Source of the DNA: Vitrella brassicaformis CCMP3155
Lineage: Eukaryota > Protista > Chromerida
Length of the DNA: 64,000 bases
Reading direction: 5' to 3'
NCBI GenBank assembly: GCA_001179505.1
Contig: CDMY01000243.1
Location: 310,001-374,000 of the forward strand
Positions within the stretch are counted from its first letter, which is position 1; each line of letters begins with the position of its first letter. The position numbers were made by a program, and so were the translations under genes. The notes under the pieces are model-generated. The model was not told where the DNA came from. It did no database searches and worked only from the letters and a program-made list of their open reading frames with translations. Below, piece by piece: positions 61,801-64,000 of the stretch.

Positions 61801-63640
61801 GGGTGTGGAGGGTCTTGTTCTCGGCTACCAACCTCTCGTTCAGATGTGACAACTCCTGCACACACAAGGGTGGGACAGACAGACAGAGATGCGACATGGA
61901 AGAGGACAGTGAGTGTATCGTTCACCTCGACACGCTTGGCGAAGGAGTCCTTGGCGCTTTGCAGCATCTCACGGAGACCCGCCTTCTCGACCTAACCAAA
62001 CGCCAAAATGCCCGCCACATTCATGTGTTCTGTGTCGGATGATATGTATACCTGGTGGCTGTGTTCTTTTTTGGTCAGGAGTTTGCACTGCTTGGCCATG
62101 TCATCCAGCACCTTCAACCGCTCCTCCAACGCCTGCACGGCACCGCACATAGGAAGGAAGCACATGATGCGTTCGTTCTACTGCCCATCAATCCACCTCC
62201 TCTCACTCACCCCAATGATGGTCCGATACGGCGCACTCTGCGACCACAGCGCCTCAGAGTTGCGCATCCGCACGTCAGCAGCTCTCAACTCGCCCCTATG
62301 GCCATACTCCACCTCAGGCACGCTAAACCCACCCCTTTCTTCCCCGAGACCTCCAGCCAAGGACGACTCTCCCTCCCTCTGCCTCTCCTCCTTGCTGCCC
62401 TTGGCCCGAGCTGGCGGCAGCATGGTCCCGGAGGAGGAGGGGGATGCCCCACTGCTGCTGCTGCCAGGGATGCCCGCCCCGGTAAGCAGCGCGGGGGAGT
62501 TCTGGTGCGGCAATACAACACATGGCTCGGGTGGTGCTGGTGCAGATGTCTGAGCGGGACGGTCGGACGAGAGTTGGCCTTCCCCAACATGAGCAGCCTG
62601 CGTGTGCGGTCCTCCATACGACACGCTGACCGGCAGCACCCTCACCCCCGCACCATGGCCCCGGACTGCGGGGCTGAGCGGCATCCGCACTGTCTGTGTC
62701 TGTGTGAGGGCAGGCGGCCGCACACCGATGCCCACCCCATTGTGCAGCCCCGGCGGCCTGGGGAAATAAGGCGACTGAGGTGGAGGGGTCCGGAACGGGT
62801 GCAGGAGCGAAACCGATGGGCTCCGCCGCACACCCGCCGGTCGATGTCCGTCGGGCAGGTGGCTGCCCGTGGTCTTCCTGCCGGGGGGCGTCAGAGTACG
62901 GAAGGGCGGGGGGCGAAATGCGATACCTGCTGCTGCTGCTGCTGCCGGGTGCGGAGGGGGTCGGGGGAGCTGCTGCTGGTGTTGCTGGTGTTGCTGGTGT
63001 TGCTGGTGTTGCTGGTGTGGGACGGGAGCGAACCGGGACATAAGTGCGGCCCGGTGCTGCAGAAAGGCCGCGTCCATGGACTCCACAGCCTTGGGGGCGG
63101 CCTGCAACAAGGAGAGAGATGGAGCCCAATGTCACGTTTGTTTCGTCCATAATCTTTCTTTCTACCGTCTTGAGTGCGTGCTCGTCCCAGAGCTGCATGA
63201 GCACGTAGACGAACACAGCTGAGGGAGGGGGCGGCAGGTGCTCCACACACCCCACACGGGCGGTGGTCGTCGCATCCCCCCCGGCCCCATCGCTCACGGT
63301 CGCCGGCAGCCGCACATCGACGGGCGTGCCGCTGGGGAGGGCGCGGAGTCTGACTGCGGCGCGTGCGATGACCCGCGGCTGCGATGGGTGGCCGTCGAGG
63401 AGAGAGAGGATGCAGCAGTCCTCGGTAGAAGAGAACCTAAACTTGCAGATCTGAAACGTCGGCTGCCAGACACAAAGAGAACCCATTGCAAATGATTGCA
63501 GGTCATCCTGATACTGGCGCGTGCCGTACCACTCTGGTGGCGGACTGTCCGCATTGGATGCAGACTTGGGCTACCCTCCTCTCGGCCTGAGGCGACCCTG
63601 GGAGCCTCAGGTTGTGCCCCAGCACGCTCACAAACAGCAT
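58838..63640 (-). CDS. C2-like domain, Pro/Gln-rich linker, long coiled coil and C-terminal GAR/GAS2-like domain
   Basis: N-terminal MLFVSVLGHNLR...VAQVCIQCGQSATRV|PTFQICKFRF (C2-like, low certainty); many coiled-coil micro-exons at 59300-62250; C-terminal NDPIDALLAERV...VPFCRREQGTYLFGTK...|VRVGGGYLPYDAFVSRY. Both ends approximate. Confidence 0.65.
62921..63018. repeat. Coding (CAG/CAC)n repeats encoding poly-Q/H and poly-A tracts
   Basis: tgctgctgctggtgttgctggtgttgctggtgttgctggtgttgctggtg translates on the - strand to HQQHQQHQQHQQHQQQ. Confidence 0.85.
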
Positions 63641-63806
63641 CTCACGTGGGGAATCGCTGTGTTTACAAACGTTTACAAATCACCAAAGGGAAGGCGGTTG
63701 TGGCATCTCGCTGCGTATCCCATTCCCATTCGTGAATCCCCCCTACCTGTCGGCGCGCGTTGTCTGTGAGGACCTACCTACTGTCGTGTGGTGTCGTGTC
63801 GTGACC

Positions 63807-63897
63807 ATGGTCAAGAAGGCGGGCACCTCTGCGGGCGGGAGCAAGTCCAATGGCGGCGGGGGTGTCAAGAAGGACCCCAAGAACCCCAAGAACGCAT
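63807..63897 (+). CDS. First exon of a probable HMG-box protein (truncated by the window's end)
   Basis: MVKKAGTSAGGSKSNGGGGVKKDPKNPKNA|gtgagc resembles the KKDPNAPKR lead-in of HMGB/Nhp6 boxes. Only 30 residues are visible. Confidence 0.42.
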
Positions 63898-64000
63898 GTG
63901 AGCACACCACACCGACGTGTGTGGCCGCATTCCCTGATGGGGTGGGCGCGGCGCGGTGCATATGGGGTGGTGTGCAGACTTCCACTATGCTGCGAGTCGT

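Noticed and set aside
1-64000. CRISPR arrays, tRNA and rRNA genes
   Set aside because: All repeats seen are 1-6 nt microsatellites without unique spacers; no cloverleaf or rRNA-like segments were recognised by eye.

Overview
Eukaryotic, GC-rich, intron-dense genomic DNA. Short introns packed with (CA)n/(GT)n, (GACA)n, (CCAT)n and (CCCT)n microsatellites, plus the gene content (ion-channel/adenylyl cyclase fusion, RAP-domain protein, WDR34), suggest an alveolate, most likely a chromerid such as Vitrella (inference, not checked). I can assemble about 18 spliced genes: a p25-alpha-like fragment, Rieske oxygenase, Mpo1, Spinster-like MFS, RFC1, orphan, WDR34/DYNC2I2, UNC-93-like, voltage-sensor adenylyl cyclase, a tandem DEAH-helicase-like locus, mtRF-R (GGQ), orphan, BRAP/ETP1, RAP-domain protein, CCCH zinc finger, an arginase-family enzyme with GdmH (guanidine hydrolase) signatures, a C2/coiled-coil/GAR protein and the first exon of a probable HMG-box gene. 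From RFC1 onward the genes alternate strictly -/+, as head-to-head pairs. Best leads: (1) a spliced, probably mitochondrion-targeted guanidine hydrolase; (2) introns with AC-rich 5' ends and GT-rich 3' ends that could pair; (3) a microsatellite-poor island with two DEAH RecA1 modules, one frameshifted at the P-loop; (4) a channel-cyclase with substituted catalytic Asn/Arg. Most ORFs in the supplied track are microsatellite read-through artefacts. I saw no rRNA, tRNA, CRISPR array or recognisable transposase. Exon joins were made by eye, so gene boundaries are approximate.
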